The position numbers and the translations under genes are program-made. Below, one piece after another: positions 49,220-61,767 of a stretch of DNA of 64,000 bases; position 1 is the stretch's first letter; the number at the start of each line of letters is the position of its first letter. The notes beneath the pieces were generated by a model, which saw nothing but the letters and a program-made list of their open reading frames with translations, was not told where the DNA came from and made no database searches. The stretch is from Chiloscyllium plagiosum (taxonomy: Eukaryota), in assembly GCF_004010195.1 (NCBI RefSeq), contig NC_057720.1:81668301-81732300 (forward strand), given 5' to 3'.

Positions 49220-50070
49220 CAAATGCAAATGGAACATGTACAGTAATTCGATTGCCAGAATCATTGTTCTTGGGGCTTTGGTCACAGCTTCATTGTGTAC
49301 AGTTCCGGTCACCACATTGTGAACAAACTGCACCCCTCTTAAATGTTGGAGATTAGACCATTCCAAATGCAAATAGGATTTAATGAAACAACCTCTGTCA
49401 TTTCCATCCCAGTCAGATCACAAGAAGGAAAAGACATGTCCAGGTTTAAAACTCGCTCGGTTTGGCAGGTTAACCCATTTGCTTCCTGCCCATAAATTTA
49501 ACCTTAGTTCACTTTGTTTGACATGGTACAATAAGCACAAAATTGAAGTTCAGTACGAGCCATTCACTAAGAGCATTGCATCAGGACACGCATCCTTTTT
49601 AAAACACTTTCACTTTCAAGAGCTCCTGAACAGCGAGCAAAGCAAGCTGAAATTAAAACAAAGACTGCTTATGAACAAAGAACGCTTATGAAATGGACCA
49701 ACTAGTCTACTCACACACCGCTTGTCCGACTCTCCTCGCCCTTTTCCCTCTTCCAAAACAATAAACATGCGAGAGGCACGGATTTCATGCAGCAGTGACC
49801 CTTGTAACGTTTCGTCTGCGTTAAGAAATGGGGTGTGGCTTTGTTTGCAATGGTGTGAGTGCATTCTGATCCCACCCCCTGCACATCAGACGATACTGTT
49901 GAGGAAAACAATAATGTTTCACCTGCGAGCGTGACTCAGACCGCTTCCAGTAAGTAGAAGACAGCTCAGCAAAACACTCTACTGTCCACTGTGGACGGCG
50001 TGGTTACTGAGAAACTATTGGGAAAAGTCCAACGTACTTACTTTTCAATAATAACCTCAGAGTGAGTCAA
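49220..50070. promoter_or_regulatory. Putative immune enhancer/promoter: two octamers, IRF-E/Blimp-1 site, E-box, two AP-1 sites, NF-kB-like site
   Basis: ATGCAAAT at 49223-49230 and 49367-49374; GAAAGTGAAAGTG (-) at 49605-49617; CACCTG at 49920-49925; TGACTCA at 49932-49938; GGGAAAAGTCC at 50020-50030; TGAGTCA at 50063-50069. All lie in a largely repeat-free block. Confidence 0.4.
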
Positions 50071-50499
50071 AGCACTTCACAGCCGATTAAAAAACTTGTG
50101 AACACTGGCGATTGATGTAATCGAAGAGATGTCCCTCACATTCTCAGGCCATTCTGCTCACCACCTCTGTGCTGGCTCTTTCCAGCAACTCTCCAATTAA
50201 TCCCTTTCCGAAACCTTTCATAAAGCATGAACAGACATTTCGGTCCCATTAATCCACGCCGAACATATTCCCAAACTCCAGCACCACTGATCCAGAATGC
50301 TGCCTGAATTGCTGTGCTCTTCCAGCACCACTGATCCATATTCTGAAACTAAACTAGACCCACCCGCCTGCACTTGGCCCATATCCTTATTCAGGTACTT
50401 ATCCAAATGTCTTTTAAACCTGCATCCACCACTTCCTCTGGCAGTTCATTGCACACACTTAACACTCTGCATTAAAAAAAGTCACCCCTCATGTCCTTG

Positions 50500-52450
50500 T
50501 TTTTGTTTTTATGTACGTATTTATTGAAAAAATCTTTACTCTTTTACAAAAAGAAAACTTACAAATGTACAAAAGTACAGAGAAATAGAAATAATACCAC
50601 ATTATGATATTACAGTAATGTTAACAATAAACTACTACTACTCTACAGGATACAATTGTCTCATATTTGCTTAATTCCTGAAGAAGGGCTTATGCCCGAA
50701 ACGTCGATTTTCCTGTTCCCTGGATCCTGCCTGACCTACTGCGCTTTTCCAGCAACACATTTTCAGCTCTGATTTCTAGCATCTGCAGATCTCACTTTCT
50801 CCTCATATTTACTTAACCCAAGTTAAAATAAACTCGAATTAAATGAAATAGAACTAAATTAAGTTATAATCCAATTAAAATAAGTTACAGTACTTTCCAC
50901 TGCTCCACTCGCTGCCCCCGTCTACAGGATCAGTGGTTATTATACCCATATTTACTAGGCCTCCTTCCCACAGGGTCCCCGGACCACCATATATGGCCCT
51001 CACAAGTATATAAAGGCCCTAACCACTGATAGATCCATGTATGTGTAATTTAGAAAGGGCCACCAGGTCTTATAAAATCGCTCTGTTCCATGATGCACCA
51101 TACTTGTCAGATAATCTTGAGAGACACGCTCCATCACAAATCTGCGCCACCCTGCAAGACCTGGACGTTTTTCTGATGTCCAGTTCATTAAGATGTTCTT
51201 CCTCACACAGCGTGTGAGAATGTTAAACCACCGCTTCCTGTGCTCATCCAAAGAGGGAAGATTTGGCAATTCCAATCGATGGGATACTGGATCCACATTA
51301 ACATCAATTCCCAGGATCTTCTCCAGCTCATTCACTATGGCACCCCAGTATCCACGAATCTTGTAGCAGGACCAAAGGCAAAGTGTAAGGGTGCCTATGC
51401 TGATTTTACATTTGAGACAACCTGGAGAAGATCCTTTCGTAAACTTTGATAACCTCTCTGGTGCCATATGGATCCTGTGAAGGATCTTCAATTGCATAGC
51501 TTGTGCTTTATTGCATGTTGAGATTTTCTTTACATTCTCTCATGTTTCCGATGAAATTTATTCCCCCACCTCCTGATTCCAGATCCCATGGAGTGTCTCC
51601 ATATCCCCCAAGGCGCTCCCCTCTGCATATGGTATAATGTACTAACCAAGAGAGCATCCCTACATTGGAGCACCCTTCTCTCTATATCCAACTTGTTCAA
51701 CTGAGCCAAGAGTGTAGTCTTCTTCTGTATATGATCCCTAACCTGAATGTATCAGAAAAGGCCCCTATTAGGAATCCCTGACTTAATTGGTTGAAATACA
51801 TCAAGACCTCTCCCTTGAATAAATTTCCCAAATAGGAGACTCCCATGCTCTAAAGCCGGAGTCCATTGACCCCAGCCTAAATCCTGGGGGCCCCACGAAT
51901 GGAGTGATTGGCAAACTGCCCTCTCCCTGCCACATTATCCTCCATGCTTTCACCATGTTTAAGATAATTAGGCTCTCACAGTGCTCAGCCACGGATCGCA
52001 TCTTGTCCATAAACAGTACATTCATGAGGGGACACCTCACCTGCGAGGCCTCAACGCCAAGCCATATCGACCTCAAGTCTTTACGCACTCAGTCACCCAC
52101 ATATGACAGCAGGGCACGTAATTGGTATTTCTTCAGATCTGGGAGATCCACTCCTCCATATCCTGCGGAAGTAGCAGCTTGGTACATTTAATTAGGGGGC
52201 GCCTATGGCACCAAATAAAGGATCCAAGCCAACCGGTAAACCCGTGCTGCGCCTGTCTGGGTTACAACAACAGGAGCATCCTCATAGGATATAATAGCAG
52301 AGGAAGAACATTCATTTTAATCAGGGCTATACAGACTAGCCATGATATTGGTAACCCCTCCCACCACTGCAAGTGGTTGGTTGATAGAAGACATTTCACC
52401 TGGAGATTGCAGTATATTTAAGCTGACGGTGGAGAAGAGAGGAACATCAA
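50500..52450 (-). mobile_element. L1-clade LINE, ORF2 3' part and 3' UTR
   Basis: ORF 51000-51497 (QLKILHR...CLKC...GTL..CLWSC..I...W) is an L1 C-terminal Cys-rich region. AATAAA and an A-rich tail lie at ~50500-50525 on the - strand. Confidence 0.85.
50673..50803 (+). mobile_element. Same short family, single arm, inserted in the 3' UTR of an L1-like element
   Basis: Starts with the hammerhead core and is flanked by the ctcatattt(g/a)cttaa duplication. Further copies at ~4132-4195, 8610-8740, 18375-18582, 45538-45587, 46343-46458 and 50280-50340. Confidence 0.75.
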
Positions 52451-52899
52451 GGTAGAAAGGGGAATTTTTATTTTTGGTTAGGTTCGGGCCAGCATCAAAG
52501 TACAACCCTGATCAACCTGAAGGAGTGGAAGAGGTTATTACATTTAGCAGGGGTCACATTCCTATTCTGATCATGTGAACTCTTTGCCCAATAAACCATG
52601 TGACCCTTTTGAATAATTGTTGCTCCCTGAAAGAACTCTTACAGGTTGAAAGGTCTCAACCGAAAGGTGGCGCCTACAATAGTGCAGCACTCCCCAAGTA
52701 CTGTGCTGGCAGGGTCAGTGTGGATTATGTGATCACTCTCGGAACTGTGACTTGAATTCTCAAACTCCTGATTCAGAAGTGAGTGTACCACTTACCAGGC
52801 AATAGTTTTCTCGATAAGTCATCTGATGTAGGCTGTCTGATTTAAAGTTTCACCATCGAGGTTGTTGATCATTCTGAAGCGCAAGGTGAATAGGTAGAT

Positions 52900-53430
52900 A
52901 AGCAGATGTCCTCTTCTGTGGGGTAATGGATGTCAGTCCCAATGTTAAAGAAGCTCTGCCAATGTGGCTCAAAGCAGCTCGAGCAGAGAGGGTTTCCACC
53001 TCTGGTCCAATCCTGCAGGGAGGGGCAGTCACCCTGACAAAGAGGCTGCTGCACACAGAGTTCACTGGCAGCGATAGATGGCCATACTGATTCAAGGCAA
53101 GGCACTGTCTCCAACCCGAGATTGGTGAGGATGTGGCATATATGGCAGCAATGATGGACAATGGGCAAGACCATCCTGTGGCTGATGTCCTGAAAGTGTA
53201 CAGACAAGGGATGTCTTTAATGCCGATGAAATCAGACCCAGATCGCTCTTTCATATTTAAAGATGAAATGCATCACAGCAGGAAGTGAAGGAGCATGCCA
53301 CTGCTGTGGCCTGGGCCAATCCAATGCCAACACAGATGGCACTGAAAAGCAACCATGTCCAGTGATGGGAAAGTCCAAGAGGTCACATTGATTTGTTAAC
53401 ATCGACCACTCACACATTGAGAGGCCAACA
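52900..53430 (+). mobile_element. Degenerate RTE-like LINE 3' remnant
   Basis: Weak resemblance to the RTE C-terminus (K.LL..E....R..GR); heavily decayed. Confidence 0.4.
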
Positions 53431-54234
53431 AAACTGCCCAGAACACCCTCCAGCAGGAAAGAGGACAAATTGTGTCAGTGGAAAAATTGAACATAGAGCA
53501 GAGAACATTACAGCACAGTACAGGCCCTTCGGCCCTCACTGTTGCATTGACCTGTGAAACCAATCTGAAGCCCATCCTACCTACACTACTCCATTATCAT
53601 CCATATGTTTATCCAATTACCATTTAAATTACCTTAAAGTTTGCAAGTTTACTACTATTGCAGGCAGGACATTCCATGCCCTCACTACTCTGAGTAAAGA
53701 ACCTACTTTTGACATCTGTCCTATATCTATCACCCCTCAATTTAAAGCTATATCCCCTCATGCTAGCTATCACCATCCAAGGAAAAAGGTTCTCACTGTC
53801 CGCCCCATCTAACCCTCTGATCATCTTATATGTCTCTTTTAAGTCACCTTTCACCTTCTCTCTAATGAAAACAGTCTCAAGTACCTCAGCCTTTCCTCTT
53901 AAGACTTTCCCTCCATTCCAGGCAACATCCTGGTAAATCTCCTCTGCACCCTTTCCAATGCTTCCACATCCTTCCTATAATGCAGCAACCTGAACTGTAC
54001 GCAATAATTTTTTTCCTTCAACTTTTATGTTTATATTTATTACAGTGTTGGAGAAAAGAACCATTTGATTCAAAACCAACCGAATGAAGACAATAATTTA
54101 GCGAAGTTGTAAAATAGCGTTTGCCAGAGCTGTCTTTTTTCTCAGCTTAAAATGCACGATTTGCTGGAGACCAAAATCTACAGTAAAACACCAAACTTTC
54201 ATCAGTTTGTTCCAAATAGGAGATTTACATACTT

Positions 54235-56125
54235 GTTCAGCAAAGGATATGGAAGATATAGGCTGTAGGGAAATAGATGATGACATCTTGCAAAATGTCC
54301 AGATTACAGAGGAGGAAGTGCTGGATGTCTTGAAATGGTTAAAGGTGGATAAATACCCAGGACCTGATCAGGTGTACCCGAGAACTCTGTGGGAAGCTAG
54401 AGAAGTGATTGCTGGGCCTCGTGCTGAGATATTTATATCATCGATAGTCACAGGTGAGGTGCTGGAAGATTGGAGATTGGCAAACGTGGTGCCACTGTTT
54501 AAGAAGGGCGGTAAAGACAAGCCAGGGAATTATAGACCGGTGAGCCTGAACTCTGTGGTGGACAAGTTGTTGGAGGGAATCCTGAGGGACAGGATGTACA
54601 TGTATTTGGAAAGGCAAGGACTGATTCGGGATAGTCAACATGGCTTTGTGCATGGGAAATCATGTCCCACAAACTTGATTGAGTTTTTTGAAGAAGTAAC
54701 AAAGAAGATTGATGAGGTCAGAGCAGTAGATGTGATCTATATGGACTTCAGTAAGGCATTTGTCAAGGTTCCCCATGGAGACTGATTATCAAGATTAGAT
54801 CTCACGGAATACAGGGAGAACTAACCATTTGGATACAGAACTGGCTCAAAGGTAGAAGACAGAGGGTGGTGGTGGACGGTTGTTTTTCAGACTGGAGGCC
54901 TGTGACCAGTGGAGTGCCATAAGGATCAGTGCTGGGCCCTCTACTTTTTGTGATTTACATAAATCATTTGGATACGAGCACTTCAGTAAGGCTTTCGACA
55001 AGGTTCCCCATGGGAGACTGGTTAGCAAGTTTAGAGTTCATGGAATACAGGGAGAACTAAATATTTGGTTACAGAACTGGCTCAAAGGTAGAAGACAGAG
55101 AGTGGTGGTGGAGCATTGCTTTTCAGAATAGAGGTCTGTGACCTGTGCTGTCCACTACTTTTCATCATTTATATAAATGATTTGGATATGAACATAAGAG
55201 GTATAGTTAGTAAGTTTGCAGATGACACCAAAATTGGAGGTGTAGTGGACAGCAAAGGAGGTTACTTCAGAGTACAACAGGGTCTTGGTCAGATGAGCCA
55301 ATGGGCTGAGGATTGGCAGATGGAGTTTAATTCAGATTAATGCGAGGTGCTACATTTTGGAAAAGCAAATCAGAGCAGGACTTATACACTTGATGGTAAG
55401 GTCATACGGAGTATTGCTGAACAAAGAGTCCTTGGAATGCAGGTTCATAGCTCCTTGAAAGTAGAGTCGCAGGTAGGATAGTGAAGAAGGCGTTTGGTAT
55501 GCTTTCCTTTATTGGTCAGAGCTTTGAAAATAGGAAGTGGGAGGTCATGTTGTGGCTGTACAGGACATTGGTTAGGCCACTTTTGGAATATTGTGTGCAA
55601 TTCTGGTCTCCTTCCTATCAGAAGGATGTTGTAAAACTTGAAAGGGTTCAGAAAAGATTGACAAGGATGTTGCCAGGAGGATTTGAGCTATAGGGAGAGG
55701 CTGAACAGCTGGGGCTGTTTTCCCTGAAGCATCGGAGGCTGAGGGGTGACCTTATGGAGGTTTATAAAATCATGAGGGGCATGGATAGGATAAATAGACA
55801 AGGTCTTTTCCCTGGGGTGTGAGAATTCAGAACTGGAGGGCATAGTTTTAGGGTGAGAGGGGAAAGATATAAAAGGGACCTAAGGGGCAACTTTTTCATG
55901 CAGAAGGTGATGCACGTGTGAAATGAGCTGCCAGAGGAAGTGGTGAGGCTGGTACAACTAAAACATTTAAAAGACATCTGGATGGATATATGAATAGGAA
56001 GGGTTTAGAGAGGTCTGGGTCAAGTCCTGGCAAATGGGACTAGATTAGGTTAGGATATCTGGTTGGCATGAACAAGATGGACTGAAGGGTCTGTTTCAGT
56101 GCTGTACATCTCTTTGACTCTCTGA
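54235..56125 (+). mobile_element. CR1 LINE ORF2 (RT) 3' half, frameshifted, with internal ~160-bp duplication
   Basis: PGNYRPVSL, SQHGF..GKSC.TNL, YMDFSKAF and SKFADDTKIGG. 54748-54905 is repeated at ~54980-55145. Confidence 0.93.
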
Positions 56126-56949
56126 TCTTCACTGCTACATCAATGACCTTCCTTCAATCACAAGGTCTACTGCGCTATAATAAATCACACAGACTCCATC
56201 AACAGCCCTTCCAAACCCAAGGCCTCACCATCTAGAAGGCCAAGGGCAGCAGACATGGAAACATATCAGTGTTCTTTTACTGTGACAAGATACAAATTTT
56301 GTAACTCCATCTCCAACAGCAGTGTGTGTACCCATGCAATGTACACTCCATGTACCCATTCTCCATGGCTATAAGGGACAGGCAGTTAGATGATGCCCAG
56401 ACACCACAAACATGCGAGGGGAAAACAGATTATGGGTTTTTGCATGTCACATAACCTCTGGCAGGAGAAGGCAGCAGAGGAGAAATGAACTACTGGGTGA
56501 ACTGACTCAGCTGCTGGGAGATGGACAACTCATGCAGCCTGTCTCTTATTGTGGCTGTGCTATCTATTTATTTCACCATTGAAGACAGTCTCTTCAGCTG
56601 TCCCCCCCCCCCCCCCTCTCTCAGTGCATTTCTGTCTCTTTTTCATCCTTCATGCTGCTCCTTAAAACCTATCCCTTCAATAAAGCTTTGGGTCATCTTG
56701 TTTCATATCGCCTTATCTAGCCCATGGTGATTTTACTTTGTCCGATAACACTCCCACAAAGTGTCTGATCTAAACAGGATTGTCTGGAAGTACCCATCAA
56801 GTTTAGTCAGCATTTGTGAGGAAAGATACAGATAACATTTAAGGGGGCTGACATTCTTTCAACTCAATTTACTTTTTCTGAAAAAGGAAATGCTGTTTGA
56901 AGCTTTTCATTTCTTACTGATCAGGACAGAATTGCAAGAATACCAAATC

Positions 56950-59680
56950 TCTTTAGATGGAGAGGAATTTGTTCAGTATGTACAAGAAAGTTTTCTGATT
57001 CAGTATGTGGATGTACCTACTAGAGAAGGCGCAAAACTTGACATGCTCTTGGGAAATAAGGCAGGGCAGGTGATTGAGGTGTCAGTGGGGGAGCACTTTG
57101 GGGCCAAAGATTAAAATTTCTAATAGTTTTAAAATAGTGGTGGAAAAGAATAGACCATATCTAAAAGTTGATGTTCAAAATTGAAGAAAGGCCAATTTTG
57201 ACGGTATTAGATTAGATTAGATTACATTACATTACATTACAGTGTGGAAACAGGCCCTTCGGCCCAACAAGTCCACACCAACCCGCCGAAGCGAAACCCA
57301 CCCATTCCCCTACATTTACCCCTTACCTAACACTACGGGCAATTTAGCATGGCCAATTCACCTGACCCTGCACATCTTTGGACTGTGGGAGGAAACCGGA
57401 GCACCCGGAGGAAACCCACGCAGACACGGGGAGAACGTGCAAACTCCACACAGTCAGTCGCCTGAGTCGGGAATTGAACCCGGGTCTCAGGCGCTGTGAG
57501 GCAGCAGTGCTAACCACTGTGCCACCGTGCCGCCCTAATTAGACAAGAATTTTCAAAAGCTGATTGGGCACAGATGTTCGCAGGTAAAGGGATGGCTGGA
57601 AAATGGAAAGCCTTCAGAAATGAGATTATGAGAGTCCAGAGAAAGTATATTCCTGTTAGGGTGAAAGGAAAAGCTGGTAGGTATAGGGAATGCTGGATGA
57701 GTAAAGAAATTGAGGGTTTGGTTAAGAAAAAGATGGAAGCATATGTCAAGTATAGACAGGGTGGATCGAGTGAATCCTTAGAAGAGTATAAAGGCAGTAG
57801 GAGTATACTTAAGAGGGAAATCAGAGGGGCAAAAATGGGTCATGAGAGAGCTTTGGCAAATAGAGTTAAGGAGAATCCAAAGGGTTTTTACAAATACATT
57901 AAGGACGAAAGGGTAACTAGGGAGAAAATAGGGCCCCTCAAAGGTCTACAAGGCGGCCTTTGTGTGGAGCTACTGGAGATGGGGGGGCATACTAAATAGT
58001 TATTTTGCATCATTTTAAAGTGAAAAAGGGCATGAAAGATATAGAGTGTGGGGAATAGGTACTGACATCTTGAAAAATGTCCATATGACAAAGGAGGAAG
58101 TGCTGGATGTCTTGAAACGCATAAAAGTGGATAAATCCCCAGGACCTGATCAGGTGTACCTTAGAACTCTTTGGGAAGCTAGGGAACTAGTTGCTGGGCC
58201 TCATGCTGAGATATTTGTATCATTGATAGTCATAGGTGAGGTGCCAGAAGACTGGAGGTTGGCAAACGTGGTGCCACTGTTTAAGAAAGGTGGTAAGGAC
58301 AAGCCAGGGAACTATAGACCAGTGACCCTAACGTCAGTGGTGCGCAAGTTGTTGGAGGGAATCCTGAGGGACAGGGTGTGCATGTATTTGGAAAGGCAAG
58401 GACTGATTCGGGATAGTCAACATGGCTTTATACATGGGAAATCATGTCTCACAAACACGATTGAGTTCTTTGAAAAAGTAACAAAGAAGACTGATGAGGG
58501 CAGAGCAGTGGATGTAATCTATCATCAGTAAGGCATTCGAGAAGATTCCCTATGGGAGACTGGTTAGCAAGGTTAGATCTCATGCAATACAGGGAGAACT
58601 AGCCATTTGGATACAGAACTGGCTCAAAGGTAGAAGATAGAGGGTTGTGGTGGAGGGTTGCTTTTCAGACTAGAGGCCTGTGACCAGTGGAGTGCCACAA
58701 TGATCGTGCTGGGTCTACTACTTTTCATCATTTACATAAATGATTTGGATGTGAACATAAAAGGTACAGTTAGTAAGTTTGCAGATGACACCAAAATTGG
58801 AGGTGTAGTGGACAGCAAAGAAGGTTACCTCAGATTACAATGGAATATTGATCAAATGGGCCAATGGGCTGAGAAGTGGCAGATGGAGTTTGATTTGGAT
58901 AAATGTGAGGTGCTGCATTTTGGGAAAGCAAATCTTTGCAGGACTTATACACTTAATGGTAAGATCCTAGGTAGTGTTGCTGAACAGAGAGCTTGGAGTG
59001 CAGGTTCATAGCTCCTTGAAAGTGGAGTTGCAGGTAGATAGGATAGTGAAGGAGGCGTTTGGTATGCTTTCCTTTATTGGTCAGAGTATTGAGTACAGGA
59101 GTTGGGAGGTCATGTTATGGCTGTACAGGACATTGGTTAGGCCACTGTTGGAATATTGTGTGCAATTCTGGTCTCCTTCCTATTGGAAAGATGTTGTGAA
59201 ATTTGAAAGGGTTCAGCAAAGATTTACAAGGATGTTGCCAGGGTTGGAGCATTTGAACTATAGGGAGACGCTGAACAGGCTGGGGCCATTTTTCCTGGAG
59301 TGCCGGAGCTTAAGGGGCAAACTTATGGAGGTTTTTAAATCATGAGGGGCATGGATAGGATAAATAGTCTTTTCCCTGGGGTGGGGTGAGTCCAGAACTA
59401 GAGGGAATAGATTTAGAGTGAGAGGGGTAAGATGTAAAAGAGACCTAAGGGGCAATGTTTTCAGGCAGAGTGTAGTACGTGTATGGAATGAGCTGCCAGA
59501 GGAAGTGGTGGAGGCTGGTACAATAGCAACATTTAAAAGGTATCTGGATGAGTATGTGAATAGGAAGTGTTTGGAGGGATAAGGGCTGGGTGCTGGCAGA
59601 TGGGACTAGATTGGGTTGGGATATCTGGTCGGCATGGACAGGTTTCCGAGCTGCATATCTCAATGACTCTAAGACTTTAT
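56950..59680 (+). mobile_element. CR1 LINE ORF2 fragment with nested HE1-like SINE
   Basis: ORFs 57574-57999, 58046-58531, 58658-59011 and 58974-59345 are consecutive frameshifted RT segments. Confidence 0.93.
57205..57535 (-). mobile_element. HE1-like V-SINE (tRNA-derived), young copy
   Basis: Minus strand GGCGGCACGGTGGCACAGTGGTTAGCACTGCTGCCTCAC...GGTTCAATTCC (A/B boxes), V-domain TGTGGAGTTTGCACGTTCTCCCCGTGTCTGCGTGGGTTTCCTCCGG and (TAATC)n tail. Confidence 0.92.
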
Positions 59681-59799
59681 GTTGATCTTGTGGCAGGGCT
59701 TAGCCCTTGCATTCTGGTTTTCTTTGTTTTATTTTTGCATGGGTGTTTTCACTTTTTTGGTGTTCGACTGAGTCCCCTGTGAGATAATGCACCTTTCCA

Positions 59800-60500
59800 G
59801 ATGAACAGTTCCTCTGTGGGTGGCATATACCTCTGTGTGTGGAGTCTACCTCTGTAAAGACTGAACATCTGTGTGTGTGCTGGGAGGTGAGCACTTGCTG
59901 CATCCAGGATTGGACTCTGCTGTTGGAGTGGACCACCCCTATGAGTTCCCTGCAACTTTTACAATGAACTGTACTCCTGTAAGTGGACCTGGTTCTCTGT
60001 CGATGGACCAGGCCTCTATGGAGACTGAACACCTGTGTGTGCGCTGTGGGGTGGGCATTTGCTGCCTTCAGGAGTGGACTCTGCACACTGGAGTGGACTC
60101 TGCTTTTGATTGTAGACTCTGCGTACTGGAGTGGAGTGTGCGTACTGGAGGGCGGCACGGTGGCACAGTGGTTAGCACTGCTGCCTCACAACACCAAAGA
60201 CCCGGGTTCAATTCCCGACTCAGGTGATTGACTGTGTGGAGTTTGCACATTCTCCTCGTGTCTGCGTGGGTTTCCTCCGGGTGCTCCGGTTTCCTCCCAC
60301 ACTCCAAAGATGTACAGATCAGGTGAACTGGCCATGCTAAATTGCCCGTAGTGTTAGGTAAATGTAGGGAAATGGGTGGATTACGCTTCGGCGGGTCGGT
60401 GTGGACTTGTTGGGCCGAAGGGCCTGACTCCACACTGTAAGTAATCTAATCTAATTCCTGATAATGCACTCTGCACACTGGAGTGGATTCTGCATTCTGA
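59800..60500 (+). repeat. Degenerate tandem repeat (GGAGTGGACTCTGC motif) split by an HE1 SINE
   Basis: The motif recurs many times on both sides of the SINE. Confidence 0.6.
60150..60455 (+). mobile_element. HE1-like V-SINE, young copy
   Basis: Same structure as above. Other copies at ~6627-6900(-), 19410-19725(-), 20995-21335(-), 27310-27635(-), 28114-28392(+), 28745-29030(-), 37520-37647(-), 40370-40620(-), 48250-48525(-) and 61335-61647(-). Confidence 0.92.
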
Positions 60501-61767
60501 AGAAAACTATTATGGTAATGGACTCTGTGTACCAGAAGGGACTTGTTTGTTGATAATTAACTCTGTCATGTTGCTTGTTGAGTTTATCACCCGCACTGTC
60601 TTGCATGTCCCTGGGTCTGGCAGGCCTCACTGTGAGCTGAGAGGCTCATAGGTCATCCCAAAAAGCTGTCCCAAAAGCCGGAGGTTGTTAGGCTGTCCAG
60701 AGAACCAGAAGGCAGGTAGGCTCTCCCGAGAGCTGGAAGTTGGGTAGGCAGTTCTGAGCACTGTTGTCCGAAGAAGGGATAATCGGGATGGGCTGTCATA
60801 GAGGTGGTTGGAAGGTGTGTCGGAGCAGCTGATCGCCAGAATGTGCGTAGGGGCAGGCCTGGATCCAGAAGGCCTGTGGGCTGCCCTATGCGCCGTCATC
60901 CCAGGAAGGGGGACGAGCTGGTCTAGATGCTGCTTGGATGTCTGTCAGGGCAGTCCACAGGCCGGATGGCGCATCGGGGTGGGCGAGAGGCAAATGGTAA
61001 TTAGGGGCAGACCGAGAACTGGAAGGCGGTGGGCTGTCCTCAGTGCTGTCACCACGGGAAGCTACCAGGGCGGTCTATCCTCGAGGTGGCCAGAAGGTGT
61101 GTCGGGCCAGACCGAGAATTGGAAGGGGCGTTGGGGCAGGCTGCCTTTGAGTAGCCGGAAGTGGGGAGGAATGGGGGTTTGCTGTTTTTTTGTAAACTGC
61201 TGTTCATTATTAACTGTTTGTTTGTAACTTGTACTGTTTAATAAAATATTTTAAAATAAAAAAAACAGGCACGTGTGAGGTTCAGTTCATTCTGAGAGCT
61301 GGCTCTGAGGAACCTGGATCAGTTCATACTGGCCCTACAGCAGGCCATTCAGCCCAGCAGGCCCGCACCAACTCTCCAAACACCATCCCAACCCTCCCAC
61401 CCTATCCCTGCTTTTCCCATGGCTAACCCACCTAGTCTGCACATCCCTGGACACTATAGGCAATTTAGCATGGCCAATCCAACTAACCTCCACATCTTTG
61501 GTCTGTGGGACGAAACCAGAACACCTGGAGGAAACCCACCCAGACACGGGGAGAATGTGCAAACTCCACATTGACCGTCGCCCGAGGCTGGAATTAAACC
61601 CAGGCCCTTGGTGCTGTGAGGCAGCAGTGCTAACCACTGAGCCACAAGGACTTTCCATGTGTAAATAAAAGGTGACTTGGTGACAGGATACCAACCTCAT
61701 TGGAGTTATTTCACACATCAATTGGTACAGCTTTCCCAAGAACCAAACAACTTATTCAAGCCACTTA

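Noticed and set aside
49100-49230. Octamer as the promoter of a hidden V gene on the - strand
   Set aside because: The downstream ATG gives MALTLPPFSSGL* with no leader intron or V exon, and that sequence is a decayed LINE.
57205-57535. tRNA genes
   Set aside because: The A/B-box sequences are heads of tRNA-derived SINEs that continue into V-domain and LINE-like tails.
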